Shown one piece after another: positions 29,704 through 38,921 of a stretch of DNA of 64,000 nucleotides. The position numbers and the translations under genes are program-made. The DNA comes from Bdellovibrionota bacterium (GTDB taxonomy: Bacteria > Bdellovibrionota_G > JALEGL01 > DATDPG01). The notes under the pieces are model-generated. The model was given only the letters and a program-made list of their open reading frames with translations. It made no database searches and was not told the DNA's origin. Every line of letters starts with the position of its first letter. Positions within the stretch are counted from its first letter, which is position 1. The DNA is taken from NCBI GenBank assembly GCA_963668355.1, contig OY764265.1:1760001-1824000 (forward strand). Direction: 5' to 3'.

Positions 29704-31284
29704 TCAATCATTCGAGAAAAGAATGAGGTTGGGGATGTCCTCGTATTCAATGAATACCGGTGTCATTTCAACCTTTTCTGGATCAAATGGCTTTTCATGA
29801 TAAGCGTGGCCGATTCCGTCATTCACTCGGTAAGAAAAAATCCCTTGGGGAGTTCGAACTCGGACGGTCAGCAGCTGAGGGCAATTGGAAACCAACTCTT
29901 TTTTCTTTCCGAACAATCGTCCCCAAGTTGGAGATTTTATGGCCAACTTGCAGGGACCGAAGAGGGAGGGTTCGACGGACAGGGCGTTTTTAACGCGTTC
30001 GGTTTCGATTTCTGCCGGACTCTCAAAAGCCGAAGCGGATCGATGTTTATACGTGGGTGATCCGTCGTCTTTGCCCGTGTAGGCTCGGAGGACCAAAAGA
30101 ACTTCGTTCCAACAGACTTCACAAAAGGGTGTGGATCCCGCATTCTTTTTCATCAAACAAGGGCCATCCAGGCAATACTGGCCGCTTCTTCGTGAGTAAG
30201 CCCCTTGGGCACTGGGAGATAAGAGGTTTTGCGCTGCAGCGTGACCCCATTTTGAATGGTTGGGGTCGGTGGAAATCGTTAAGTTCGCATTCCACGGTTC
30301 CTCCGTTTTTAACTTGGGTTCCACGTCGTATCCATAGTCATCTGCATGCGAACTGGATCGGGAAAACTGATATTCATCCCCCAGATTGGCCAATTGATGC
30401 CCGAATTCATGAACGATGGGATCTTGATCCTCAAAAAGAGGGTCTTCGCGAAAGATGATGATGTCGTCTGCACAGGCTCTCCAACCGGTGAAAATGAATC
30501 CTTTGCTGGCGTTCTTGTATTGTTCTTCGGGCTCGTCATAGATGTAAAAGGCAAAATCAAAGGGAATGCCCGAGAGGTAATTTGAGATTTTATGCCAGTC
30601 CACATCCAAAGCTCCTCGGCTGGGAAGGCCAGAAACAACCTCTGTTCGCGCGTTCTCGGTATCCAAACGGTAAAAATTGAAATGCGTTCGGACATAAGGG
30701 GCTAGCTGAGGATGAAGGAAAAAAGCTTCAATGATGCGTTCCACCGATTCTTCGTAAGTGTGTCTTAGCCGACTTCCATGTTGAGGAAAAATGGCAATGT
30801 CGATGCAGCGTTTGTGATCTTGGCAAGCCGAGCCTTCTTGTACCAATGAAAACGAAAAGGGAGATGGAGGTTCAAGTTTCGCTTCTTCCGGCCGAAGAAA
30901 AAAGGTCTTTAACGCTATAAATCCAGAATACGACACTCTTTTGTGGATGGTTACTGAAAAGGGCTCGGATGGAAGAGGAAAGACGATGGAGATTTTTCCT
31001 TCGCGCGCATAGGTGCCCTGAAAAATCGTTTGTTGATCAGAAAGGGTTTCAACTGTGTAACGATATTCGCGGGTTTGTGTGAGAGACATTTTTCGAATGA
31101 AGGGAGTCGTGGCTGGAGCTCTGCGCACAAAAAAATTAGAAATGCGAAAATTGTGGGCACTTCCTTGAATGTCATGAAAAAAGTCCAACCGCGCATCCGG
31201 AGCATGCTCGATGGAGAAGGCATTCGAAATAGCTGCAAACCCAAAAGCAAGGAAGATGAAAATGACTTTCCACAATGTGTTCAT
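29704..31284 (-). CDS. Secreted zinc metallopeptidase, M64-like
   Basis: Signal peptide; HEFGHQLANLGDEY; CLMK..PFCEVC. Confidence 0.8.
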   Translation of the reverse strand: MNTLWKVIFIFLAFGFAAISNAFSIEHAPDARLDFFHDIQGSAHNFRISNFFVRRAPATTPFIRKMSLTQTREYRYTVETLSDQQTIFQGTYAREGKISIVFPLPSEPFSVTIHKRVSYSGFIALKTFFLRPEEAKLEPPSPFSFSLVQEGSACQDHKRCIDIAIFPQHGSRLRHTYEESVERIIEAFFLHPQLAPYVRTHFNFYRLDTENARTEVVSGLPSRGALDVDWHKISNYLSGIPFDFAFYIYDEPEEQYKNASKGFIFTGWRACADDIIIFREDPLFEDQDPIVHEFGHQLANLGDEYQFSRSSSHADDYGYDVEPKLKTEEPWNANLTISTDPNHSKWGHAAAQNLLSPSAQGAYSRRSGQYCLDGPCLMKKNAGSTPFCEVCWNEVLLVLRAYTGKDDGSPTYKHRSASAFESPAEIETERVKNALSVEPSLFGPCKLAIKSPTWGRLFGKKKELVSNCPQLLTVRVRTPQGIFSYRVNDGIGHAYHEKPFDPEKVEMTPVFIEYEDIPNLILFSND

Positions 31285-31307
31285 AACTTTCTCCAATGCT
31301 CGGATAA

Positions 31308-31412
31308 AGCAATAGCCATGCCGAGAGAAACGCGCTTAACCTGTTGAAAATACACGATAAAAACTATCCTTTGGGTTGTTTTGCTGAGACATGTTTTCCT
31401 TCTGAGACATGT
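31308..31412 (-). promoter_or_regulatory. Sigma54 promoter, IHF-like site and tandem candidate enhancer repeats
   Basis: Minus strand CGGCATGGCTATTGCT (31323-31308); TTTCAA-CAGG-TTA (31349-31337); CTGAGACATGT x2 (31384-31394, 31402-31412). Confidence 0.6.
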
Positions 31413-31547
31413 CTTTTCCATATGGGCCTGTTTTTAAACCCGTTTGGCCCATTTAGGGAATCGAAATAAATTGAAATAATCTCAATGGCTTACTGATCTG
31501 AATTAGTCCAACTTCTCCAATAAATAGGCTACTCTATGGTCCGTCGT

Positions 31548-32699
31548 ATGAATATTTGTGTTGTGACATCGGATTTTTACCCGTCCATAGGGGGAATGGA
31601 ACAGCATGTTCAAGAGTTGTATCGGCAGATGGTTGAATGTGGACATCGTGTTCGAGTCATTCATTTGAGTCGTTCTCCTATCCCTCATCCCATTTCCAAG
31701 TTGGGTAACTTGGAGGTGACTCAACGCTCCATGCCTCTGGGGAAGTGGGGAAAGAATATCTTCCAATATTGGAATGTTCTATTTCATCTCATTCAGGATG
31801 AATATCAACAAAGGCCTTTTGACGTTATCCATTGGCACGACCTTCTTTCTGGTGTTTCGGTTCGAAGGTTTTGTCGCCAACACCCGGAAATTTTAAGGGC
31901 ATTTACCAATCATAGTTCGGGATATCTTCGATTGAGGAAGCGCTTTTTTTCCAAAAAATTTTTTCAATATGCCATCAATCATGCAAATTTGATTCTAGCC
32001 CCTAGCCAAGAACTTCACGATTGCAGCCGGGAAGATTTCCTTCCATCCATTCATTACTCTTATATTCCCAACGGTGTAGACGAAAAACGTTATGGGCCAG
32101 GTGAGAAAAAATCAGAACTGCTTAAAAAATGTTCTCTGGATATAGATCAATTGGTTTTATTCTGCCCCCGACGTTTGGCTCCCAAGAACGGTGTCTTTTA
32201 TTTGATTCAAGCTTTGCCTGAGATCATTCGACAAATTCCTAAAGGGGTTCTTCTGATTGCGGGGGAGGGCGACCCACCCCAAGAGGAGGAGAGAATTCGA
32301 GCCCAGGTGAAAAAAGATGGCATGGAAACTCATGTTCGCTTTCTCGGAAGTATGGCCAATGAAGAAATGCCAGATTTTTATCGTTTGGCTGATGTGGTCG
32401 TGATGCCATCTCTGATGGAAGCCGTGAGTTTAGCGGCATTGGAATCCATGGCATCGGCGAAGCCGGTTGTGGCTTCGGATGTGGGAGGTTTGAGTGAATT
32501 GTTTGCGGACAATCAACGAGGGATTTTGGTTCCCCCTACAGACTCTTCGGCTTTGGCAGTGGCTATCGTCGGGTTGTTGAAAAATTCTAAGATGAGAAAT
32601 GAATTGGGAGAACAGGCGAGGAGTTATGTTTTGAAGAACTATACCTGGAAGGCCATCGCACAACGTACGCTTGACGCTTATTCTGAGATTCGATCATGA
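31548..32699 (+). CDS. Glycosyltransferase family 4
   Basis: FYPSIGGME, IPNGVD, RRLAPKNG, PSLMEAVSLAALESMA..PVVASDVGG. Confidence 0.92.
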   Translation: MNICVVTSDFYPSIGGMEQHVQELYRQMVECGHRVRVIHLSRSPIPHPISKLGNLEVTQRSMPLGKWGKNIFQYWNVLFHLIQDEYQQRPFDVIHWHDLLSGVSVRRFCRQHPEILRAFTNHSSGYLRLRKRFFSKKFFQYAINHANLILAPSQELHDCSREDFLPSIHYSYIPNGVDEKRYGPGEKKSELLKKCSLDIDQLVLFCPRRLAPKNGVFYLIQALPEIIRQIPKGVLLIAGEGDPPQEEERIRAQVKKDGMETHVRFLGSMANEEMPDFYRLADVVVMPSLMEAVSLAALESMASAKPVVASDVGGLSELFADNQRGILVPPTDSSALAVAIVGLLKNSKMRNELGEQARSYVLKNYTWKAIAQRTLDAYSEIRS

Positions 32700-33805
32700 A
32701 ACCGAAACTCCTTTTTGTTCTGGGCACCCGACCCGAAATTATAAAACTATGGCCGGTAATTGTTGAAGCTCAAAAGAGTTTAGGGGAAGGTTCTGTTCGA
32801 GTTTGTTATACGGGACAACATAAAGAAATGGCCCTTCCTTTTCTTGAGCGGTTTTCCCTTCCCGTGCATTTTGACCTGAGAATCATGCGTTCTCGACAAA
32901 CCTTGAATCAGGTGTTGGAGCTTATGATCTCTGGGATGGCACCGATTTTGAGAAAAGAGTCTTTTGATTGGGTTGTTGTGCAGGGAGATACCTCAAGTGC
33001 TTTTGCAGGAGCTTTGGCGGCTTCCATGGAAAAAGTGAAGGTGGCTCATGTGGAAGCGGGGTTGCGCACGTTTGATCGAGAGAACCCCTTTCCTGAGGAG
33101 CTGAATCGCCAACTCATCGGGCGTGTGGCGAATCTTCATCTTTGTCCCACTTCAGTCAATCGAGATCATTTGCTCAAAGAGGGCGTGTCGGAAGCGGATA
33201 TTGAAGTGACAGGAAATCCCATTGTTGATGCCCTTAAAATGGTCAAGGCGGAGTTCTTAGGTGATGTTGATGTAGAGAGAACGTTCTCACAGTTGGATTT
33301 TTCCAAGAAGCTTGTGTTGGTGACGGGGCACCGTCGGGAAAACTTTGGAGAAGGATTTCGGGACATGTGTATGGCCATTCGAGATCTGGCGGAACGAAGG
33401 AAAGATGCCATTTTTGTCTATCCAGTTCATTTGAATCCTCAAGTCCAAGAACCGGTAAAAAACATTTTGGGAGACCTTCCGAATCATGTGTTTTTGTTGG
33501 ATCCTGTAGAGTATTTCGACTTCATTGCCCTCTTACAAAGGGCAAGTGTCGTACTCACGGACTCCGGCGGAGTCCAAGAAGAAGCTCCAACCTTTGGAGT
33601 TCCTGTGGTGGTGATGAGGAAGGTTACGGAACGCGTGGAGTCCCTCCAGCAAGGCAGTGCGGTTTTGGTTGGAACCGATCGTGAGAAGATCGTATCCGCA
33701 GTGGAAAAATTCCTCGATGAACCCAAGGAAATTTCAAATTTAGCAAATCCCTACGGAGATGGACTGGCCTCGAAGCGAATTCTCGAAGCCATGCTCAAAC
33801 GTTGA
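32696..33805 (+). CDS. wecB: UDP-N-acetylglucosamine 2-epimerase (non-hydrolysing)
   Basis: GTRPEIIK, TGQH, VQGDT, HVEAGLRT, PFPEELNR, TGHRRENFG, TDSGGVQEEAP, NPYGDG. Confidence 0.96.
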   Translation: MKPKLLFVLGTRPEIIKLWPVIVEAQKSLGEGSVRVCYTGQHKEMALPFLERFSLPVHFDLRIMRSRQTLNQVLELMISGMAPILRKESFDWVVVQGDTSSAFAGALAASMEKVKVAHVEAGLRTFDRENPFPEELNRQLIGRVANLHLCPTSVNRDHLLKEGVSEADIEVTGNPIVDALKMVKAEFLGDVDVERTFSQLDFSKKLVLVTGHRRENFGEGFRDMCMAIRDLAERRKDAIFVYPVHLNPQVQEPVKNILGDLPNHVFLLDPVEYFDFIALLQRASVVLTDSGGVQEEAPTFGVPVVVMRKVTERVESLQQGSAVLVGTDREKIVSAVEKFLDEPKEISNLANPYGDGLASKRILEAMLKR

Positions 33806-33912
33806 GTTTTAGATGACACGGCGCGCCTCGAATTTCGGTTCAGGGTCCAAAAAGACTTGCGTTGCAGCCCTCCCTTGAAAGAATGCAATCTTGAACTGAG
33901 CGGAGGGTTCAA

Positions 33913-35952
33913 TTGCGGGAAAAAAGAGATAGACATAAAAATGTTTGGTTGCTGTTTGCGGCCCTATGGATTGGGAGCGCCAGCATTGTTTCGGCGCATG
34001 AAGAGGCTGAGGGTGAAATCGTTCTGCCCTCTGATCAAAAGAGCGTTCAAAGTCTTACAGAGATGTCTTTGGAAGATTTGCTTTCCATCGAAATCACGAC
34101 AGCATCAAAATTTAAGGAAGATATCTTTGATGCTCCAGGAATGGTTTCTGTCATAACCCGAGATGAACTTCTTCGTTTTGGTGGGACAAACCTCAAACAT
34201 ATTTTAGAGAGGGTGCCTGGTGTGTTTGGTGCGACAACGTATATTACAGATCGAAGTACGATTGCTGCCAGAGGAGATCATATCAAGCCCAACTCAAGCC
34301 ATGTCCTTTTTCTCATCAACGGTCGTCCAACCCGAGAAGTTTTGGAGGGGGGGATCTCCACTGATCTTTTGGAATCGTTTCCGGTCAATGCTTTGGAAAG
34401 AATTGAGGTTGTAAAAGGTCCGGGGTCCGTTTTGTATGGTTCGGATGCCATGTCCCTCGTTGTGAATCTGGTTACTCGTACTTCAGAAAGCGAAGCGACC
34501 AACGAGGTGAATCTTCGTGGCATGGGATTGTTGACCAAGGGATTTAACACCTCTGGTGAGGTTGTTCTTCGGGAGGGAGACTTGGATTTAACCGTCGCGG
34601 TGCAAGCCCTGCGTCGGGAACGTTGGGAAGTTGACTATGAATATCCCAATCAGAATGGAGGGGGATATGTCTCCAGTTCACTCTCCATTCCGAATGAAGG
34701 GTTTGGGACCTTCGCCAGTGCGAAATATCACGATTTTCGTTTGATGGCTGCCACCACCAAATGGACCACCGGGTATTTTGCGTTAACTGGTTCAGGTCAG
34801 AATGATTCCGGAAGAGTGTTTGGAAACCTTGGGTATGACTGGAAACTGGACGATTCCTGGAACATGACGTTGGACACGACGTACACGCATGCGTTTCTCG
34901 AAACTTCGGATGAACCGGACATTTCTCGAAATTCCCATAATTTTGTAGCCGAATGGACGAACTATTTAACGCCTCTGGAAAACTTAAAACTTAGTTTCGG
35001 TTCATACTATGAACTGTCTCGAGGAAGAGAGGAGACGCTTGGAGTAGCTGCTTCAGGTGGATTTTCAGCGGTGTCGAATGAAACGCGATCAACTCTTGGT
35101 TTTTATACTCAGGCCGACTACTGGCTGATTCAAAATGTATTGAAGTTGATTGGTGGAGTTCAGGTCAATAAGGTTCAAGATGTTGCCACAAAACTTCTTC
35201 CTCGGGGTGGGATCGTTTGGTATCCCATTCCCTCCATCAACGTTAAAGTCCTATATAGTAGAGCTTTTCGGGCTCCGAGCATCAATGAGATTGGTCTGTC
35301 TCACCCCCAATTGAGTGGAAACCCAAATTTACGTCATGAAATCCTGGATGCCATTGATGTGGGCGTTTCTTATGTTGGAAGAACCCTCCAGGCAGGGGTC
35401 AGCTATTTCTTTAGTAAACAGAGCGATATCATTTTTTCTGATTTTTCTTCCGGTCTTCCGGGTCAATATATCAACGCGGCTGAGTTGACGATTCATGGAG
35501 CGGAGGCCGAAACTAAGTTTTATTTAACCAGCGAACTGTTTTTAACGGGCTCTTTTTTGTTTCAGCATAACGAAGATCAGACAGGAGCTACAGAGGTTAC
35601 CCCGTTTCCCTCTTTTCTTGCGAAGGGAGGCATAAGCTATGCTTGTGAGAAACATGGAATCGTGACCGGTTTGTATTATCAGTATCAAAGTGAATTGGGA
35701 GAACGTTTTGCGGATAGCGTGTTGGAGCCTAGACCCAAAGCCTTTCATCGAATGTATTTGCATACCAAAGCCGATTTAAAAAAATTACTCGGATTTCATT
35801 GGAAGCACGATGTTTCATTGATTGCGCAGATCGACAACTTGTTGAACCAAGAGATGTATTGGCCGGATTATGGTGGGATTGGAACGATTCCCACTCCCTA
35901 TGTCCAAGGAATTCAGGCATTTCTGGGGTTCGAGTTGGGTTTTAATCTATGA
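33913..35952 (+). CDS. TonB-dependent receptor
   Basis: SLEDLLSIEITTASK, plug motif LERIEVVKGPGSVLYGSDA, AFRAPS, NPNL, DNLLN, aromatic C-terminus. Confidence 0.9.
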   Translation: MREKRDRHKNVWLLFAALWIGSASIVSAHEEAEGEIVLPSDQKSVQSLTEMSLEDLLSIEITTASKFKEDIFDAPGMVSVITRDELLRFGGTNLKHILERVPGVFGATTYITDRSTIAARGDHIKPNSSHVLFLINGRPTREVLEGGISTDLLESFPVNALERIEVVKGPGSVLYGSDAMSLVVNLVTRTSESEATNEVNLRGMGLLTKGFNTSGEVVLREGDLDLTVAVQALRRERWEVDYEYPNQNGGGYVSSSLSIPNEGFGTFASAKYHDFRLMAATTKWTTGYFALTGSGQNDSGRVFGNLGYDWKLDDSWNMTLDTTYTHAFLETSDEPDISRNSHNFVAEWTNYLTPLENLKLSFGSYYELSRGREETLGVAASGGFSAVSNETRSTLGFYTQADYWLIQNVLKLIGGVQVNKVQDVATKLLPRGGIVWYPIPSINVKVLYSRAFRAPSINEIGLSHPQLSGNPNLRHEILDAIDVGVSYVGRTLQAGVSYFFSKQSDIIFSDFSSGLPGQYINAAELTIHGAEAETKFYLTSELFLTGSFLFQHNEDQTGATEVTPFPSFLAKGGISYACEKHGIVTGLYYQYQSELGERFADSVLEPRPKAFHRMYLHTKADLKKLLGFHWKHDVSLIAQIDNLLNQEMYWPDYGGIGTIPTPYVQGIQAFLGFELGFNL

Positions 35953-35968
35953 TTTTTTGGAGGAGCTC

Positions 35969-36400
35969 TTGAGCGTTTTTTTTTCATGGGATGAATCGTT
36001 AAGCGTTGGAATTTCTTGGGTGGATACCCAACACCAAAAATTAATTAATCTTATCAATCATCTGGCTTCGGTGATGGAGTCTGGCCAAGAGCGTCAAGCC
36101 TTAGGGGCGGTCCTTTTGGAATTGAAAAAATATACGGAGTCGCATTTCTTCGCCGAAGAACGCATGATGGAAGCCCATTCGTATCCTGAATTGGGCTTTC
36201 AAAAAATTGAACATGCCGCTTTCATCGAAAAACTTCGAGAATTTTCATCGGATATTTCGAGAGGAAAAGATTTTGTTGGTGTGCGCGTGTTGGATTTTCT
36301 CAAGGTATGGCTAAAAGAACACATTCTCGTCGAAGATATGAAGTACGGAAAATACTTTCAAGAAAAGGGAGTGTCACCGAAAGAGCCGATTTCTGGTTGA
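35969..36400 (+). CDS. Bacteriohemerythrin
   Basis: W...LSVGI..VD.QHQKL, HFFAEE..M, EH..F, WLKEHILVED; TTG start after GGAGGAG. Confidence 0.9.
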   Translation: MSVFFSWDESLSVGISWVDTQHQKLINLINHLASVMESGQERQALGAVLLELKKYTESHFFAEERMMEAHSYPELGFQKIEHAAFIEKLREFSSDISRGKDFVGVRVLDFLKVWLKEHILVEDMKYGKYFQEKGVSPKEPISG

Positions 36401-36407
36401 TGAAAGA

Positions 36408-36866
36408 CTACTCCTCTTCCAGCCGTTTGGGCGTGACTTCGTCAAAATAGGTGCTCCAAGCGAACTTAAAAGCAAAGATAGCCAAAGATCCGCATACGAT
36501 GGCGATACACATATCGCTGAAAAGAAATTTTTCAAAACTCATTGAGAGTGTTTTTTGGATTCCCACCCATGTTTTAGGGGTGTGATACCAAGCGACAGAT
36601 TCCGGAGCGATTCGGGTAATCAATTTCATGACCAGCGAAAAAAATCGTCCCGATTCGACGCTCCAATTTCCAGAATGTAGCCACTCCCAAAAAGGTTTTC
36701 CGTATAGGGCAATGGGGGGAAGGGAAAAGACACCTCCGAAAATGAAGGACCAAAACGTTACGCTTAATGCGGTCCTTTCATATTTGTCGAGATTTCTACC
36801 GAACCAAAGTTTTTCAAGGAAGCCTCGAATGATCGGAGAATTTTGATTTTTTATATGTTCTTTCAT
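36408..36866 (-). CDS. Hypothetical membrane protein
   Basis: Two hydrophobic segments; ATGA overlap with HAD gene. Confidence 0.6.
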   Translation of the reverse strand: MKEHIKNQNSPIIRGFLEKLWFGRNLDKYERTALSVTFWSFIFGGVFSLPPIALYGKPFWEWLHSGNWSVESGRFFSLVMKLITRIAPESVAWYHTPKTWVGIQKTLSMSFEKFLFSDMCIAIVCGSLAIFAFKFAWSTYFDEVTPKRLEEE

Positions 36867-37552
36867 GTCTTTGAATCGATGGTGTGTTTTTGAATGAAAG
36901 GGAGCAGTTCGGAAAAATCCTTGATGATGTTTCCCTTTGCGGCCTTGGCGACCTCTGGATATCGAGGGTTGTATGTGATGGGAAGGCCGACATGTTCAAA
37001 ACATTCCATGTCATTGATGGAATCTCCCACAAAACAGATTTCTGACAAGTCAAAACCCAGTTCGTTGGCTTTGTTTTTTAGCGATGTAAATTTTTCAAAG
37101 AAAGGAACCCCGATTTTATACGTTCCATCCAAGACGTTGTTGGATACGCCAATTGTATTGGAGAGTTGAAAAGCCAAGCCTAAGTCCTCTCGAACCTTTT
37201 CGGCCACGAGTTCGATCCCTCCGCTAATGATGCCTATATGGTATTTGGGTTTTAATTTTGTGATGGAGTCAATAATGTTGGGGTTGTAGGGAGGTTTTCC
37301 GTGTTCAGGGAAAAGAACTTTCTGGGCATGGGCGTATGAAATGCCTTTTAAGGCTTGAGCCGTTTTTCCCCAAATTTCATCATCTGTGATGCGTTTGTTG
37401 ATGAAGTCGTCAATCCAAATCTCCATTTGATCGTAAATATTGCCCACCCATCCGATGGCTCCCCAGGATGACCAACCTTTGGGAAGCGTTTTATAAGTGA
37501 GGATGGTTCCGTCCATGTCGAACCAAACGGCTTTGATAAGGGGCTTATGCAT
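36863..37552 (-). CDS. HAD-superfamily hydrolase (phosphoserine phosphatase-like, subfamily IB)
   Basis: FDMDGT, ISGG, K, VGDSIND motifs. Confidence 0.85.
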   Translation of the reverse strand: MHKPLIKAVWFDMDGTILTYKTLPKGWSSWGAIGWVGNIYDQMEIWIDDFINKRITDDEIWGKTAQALKGISYAHAQKVLFPEHGKPPYNPNIIDSITKLKPKYHIGIISGGIELVAEKVREDLGLAFQLSNTIGVSNNVLDGTYKIGVPFFEKFTSLKNKANELGFDLSEICFVGDSINDMECFEHVGLPITYNPRYPEVAKAAKGNIIKDFSELLPFIQKHTIDSKT

Positions 37553-38921
37553 CTGGAAGTACCTTTCCGGGGTTCATAAGGTGATGAGGGTCAAAGGCTT
37601 GTTTGATTCGTTTCATGAGTTCGATGTGTTCGGGAGAAAGCGTCATGGATAAAAATCTCTTTCTCAAGATGCCGATTCCGTGTTCTCCCGAAATGAGTCC
37701 TCCTAGTTCGATCGTTCGTTCATAAAAAAGTTTCAGGGCATGTTCTGATTTCAAACCCCAGATCTTTTCAGGAATTTTGTTGCGTCGGAAATATGTGTGA
37801 AGATTTCCATCTCCTGCATGCCCATAACTTACGCTTTCAACACCGGCGATTCGGGCCACGTCTTCAGCCGCTCGAACCAACTCGGGAAGCCTGTGTTTGG
37901 GAACAACGCTATCCGCTTCTACATACTCTCCCGAGGACGCAATGGAGTCGCGTATTCTTTTCCGGATATCCCAAAGTTCCTCTCGTTGCCGTGGGGTTTG
38001 GGCCACGCGAATGTTTTCAGCGCTTCGGGAAGTTAAAACCGCTTCCAATCGCTCCAGTTGGCTTTCGATGGATTGGACATCAAAACCATCTAACTCAATC
38101 AATAAAGAAGCTTCATGATCTGCAAATGGATAAGAAAGATCTGGATGGAGGTTCAAGACACAACGGATGGCGCCCTTTGGAATCAGTTCAAGTGTTGTTG
38201 GGGTGATCTGTGCATCGAGAATGGCTAAAACCGTGTTGGATACCTCGTCCAGAGATTGAAAACCGGCCAAGAGCGTAACTCTCTCTTTTGGAAAAGGAAT
38301 GAGTTTCAGCGTGATTTCCGTGATCAATCCCAAGGTTCCTTCGGAGCCCACCACCAACTGTGTGAGGTTGTAGGCCGTCGAGTTCTTGGCCAAAGGCGCC
38401 CCGGTGTGAAGGATCTGGCCATCGGAGAGAACCATTTCCACATCGACGACGTACTCTCGGGTTACTCCGTATTTTACCGCGCATAAGCCGCCGGCGTTGG
38501 TTGAAACGTTTCCGCCAATGGAACATGAGTCGACGCTGGCAGGGAGGGGAGGGTAAAAGAGTCCTTTGGACTGGGCAGCATTTCGAATGTCTCCAGTGAT
38601 GACTCCGGGTTGAACGATCGCAAGCTGGGTTCGCTCATCCACGCTTAGAATTTGGTTCATTTTCTCGAAGCTTACAATGATTGCCGAATCCAGCGGAACG
38701 GCCGCTCCACTCAAGCCGGTTCCCGAACCTCGGGGGATGATGGGGATTCGCTTTTGAGTGGAAAACTTTGCGATATTGATCACATCCTCTTTTGTTTTGG
38801 GAAGGATGACGCCCAAAGGCATGGATCCACGGAGGACTTCGTCTTTGGCGTAGTTTTGCAGTCGGTCCGAATCATCAAAAACTTCAATGTTCGGGTGTCT
38901 TTTCTTGAACTCTTGGATCAT
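37545..38921 (-). CDS. FAD-linked oxidase (GlcD/D-2-hydroxyacid dehydrogenase family)
   Basis: PRGSGTGLSG, IGGNVSTNAGG, GSEGTLG, GHAGDGNLH, SGEHGIG, FDP..LMNPGK. Confidence 0.9.
   Translation of the reverse strand: MIQEFKKRHPNIEVFDDSDRLQNYAKDEVLRGSMPLGVILPKTKEDVINIAKFSTQKRIPIIPRGSGTGLSGAAVPLDSAIIVSFEKMNQILSVDERTQLAIVQPGVITGDIRNAAQSKGLFYPPLPASVDSCSIGGNVSTNAGGLCAVKYGVTREYVVDVEMVLSDGQILHTGAPLAKNSTAYNLTQLVVGSEGTLGLITEITLKLIPFPKERVTLLAGFQSLDEVSNTVLAILDAQITPTTLELIPKGAIRCVLNLHPDLSYPFADHEASLLIELDGFDVQSIESQLERLEAVLTSRSAENIRVAQTPRQREELWDIRKRIRDSIASSGEYVEADSVVPKHRLPELVRAAEDVARIAGVESVSYGHAGDGNLHTYFRRNKIPEKIWGLKSEHALKLFYERTIELGGLISGEHGIGILRKRFLSMTLSPEHIELMKRIKQAFDPHHLMNPGKVLPDA

Noticed and set aside
31548..33805. 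GT4-wecB, with the distant CpsB-like phosphatase, as a capsule locus
   Set aside because: Only two genes; no flippase, polymerase or Wzc nearby
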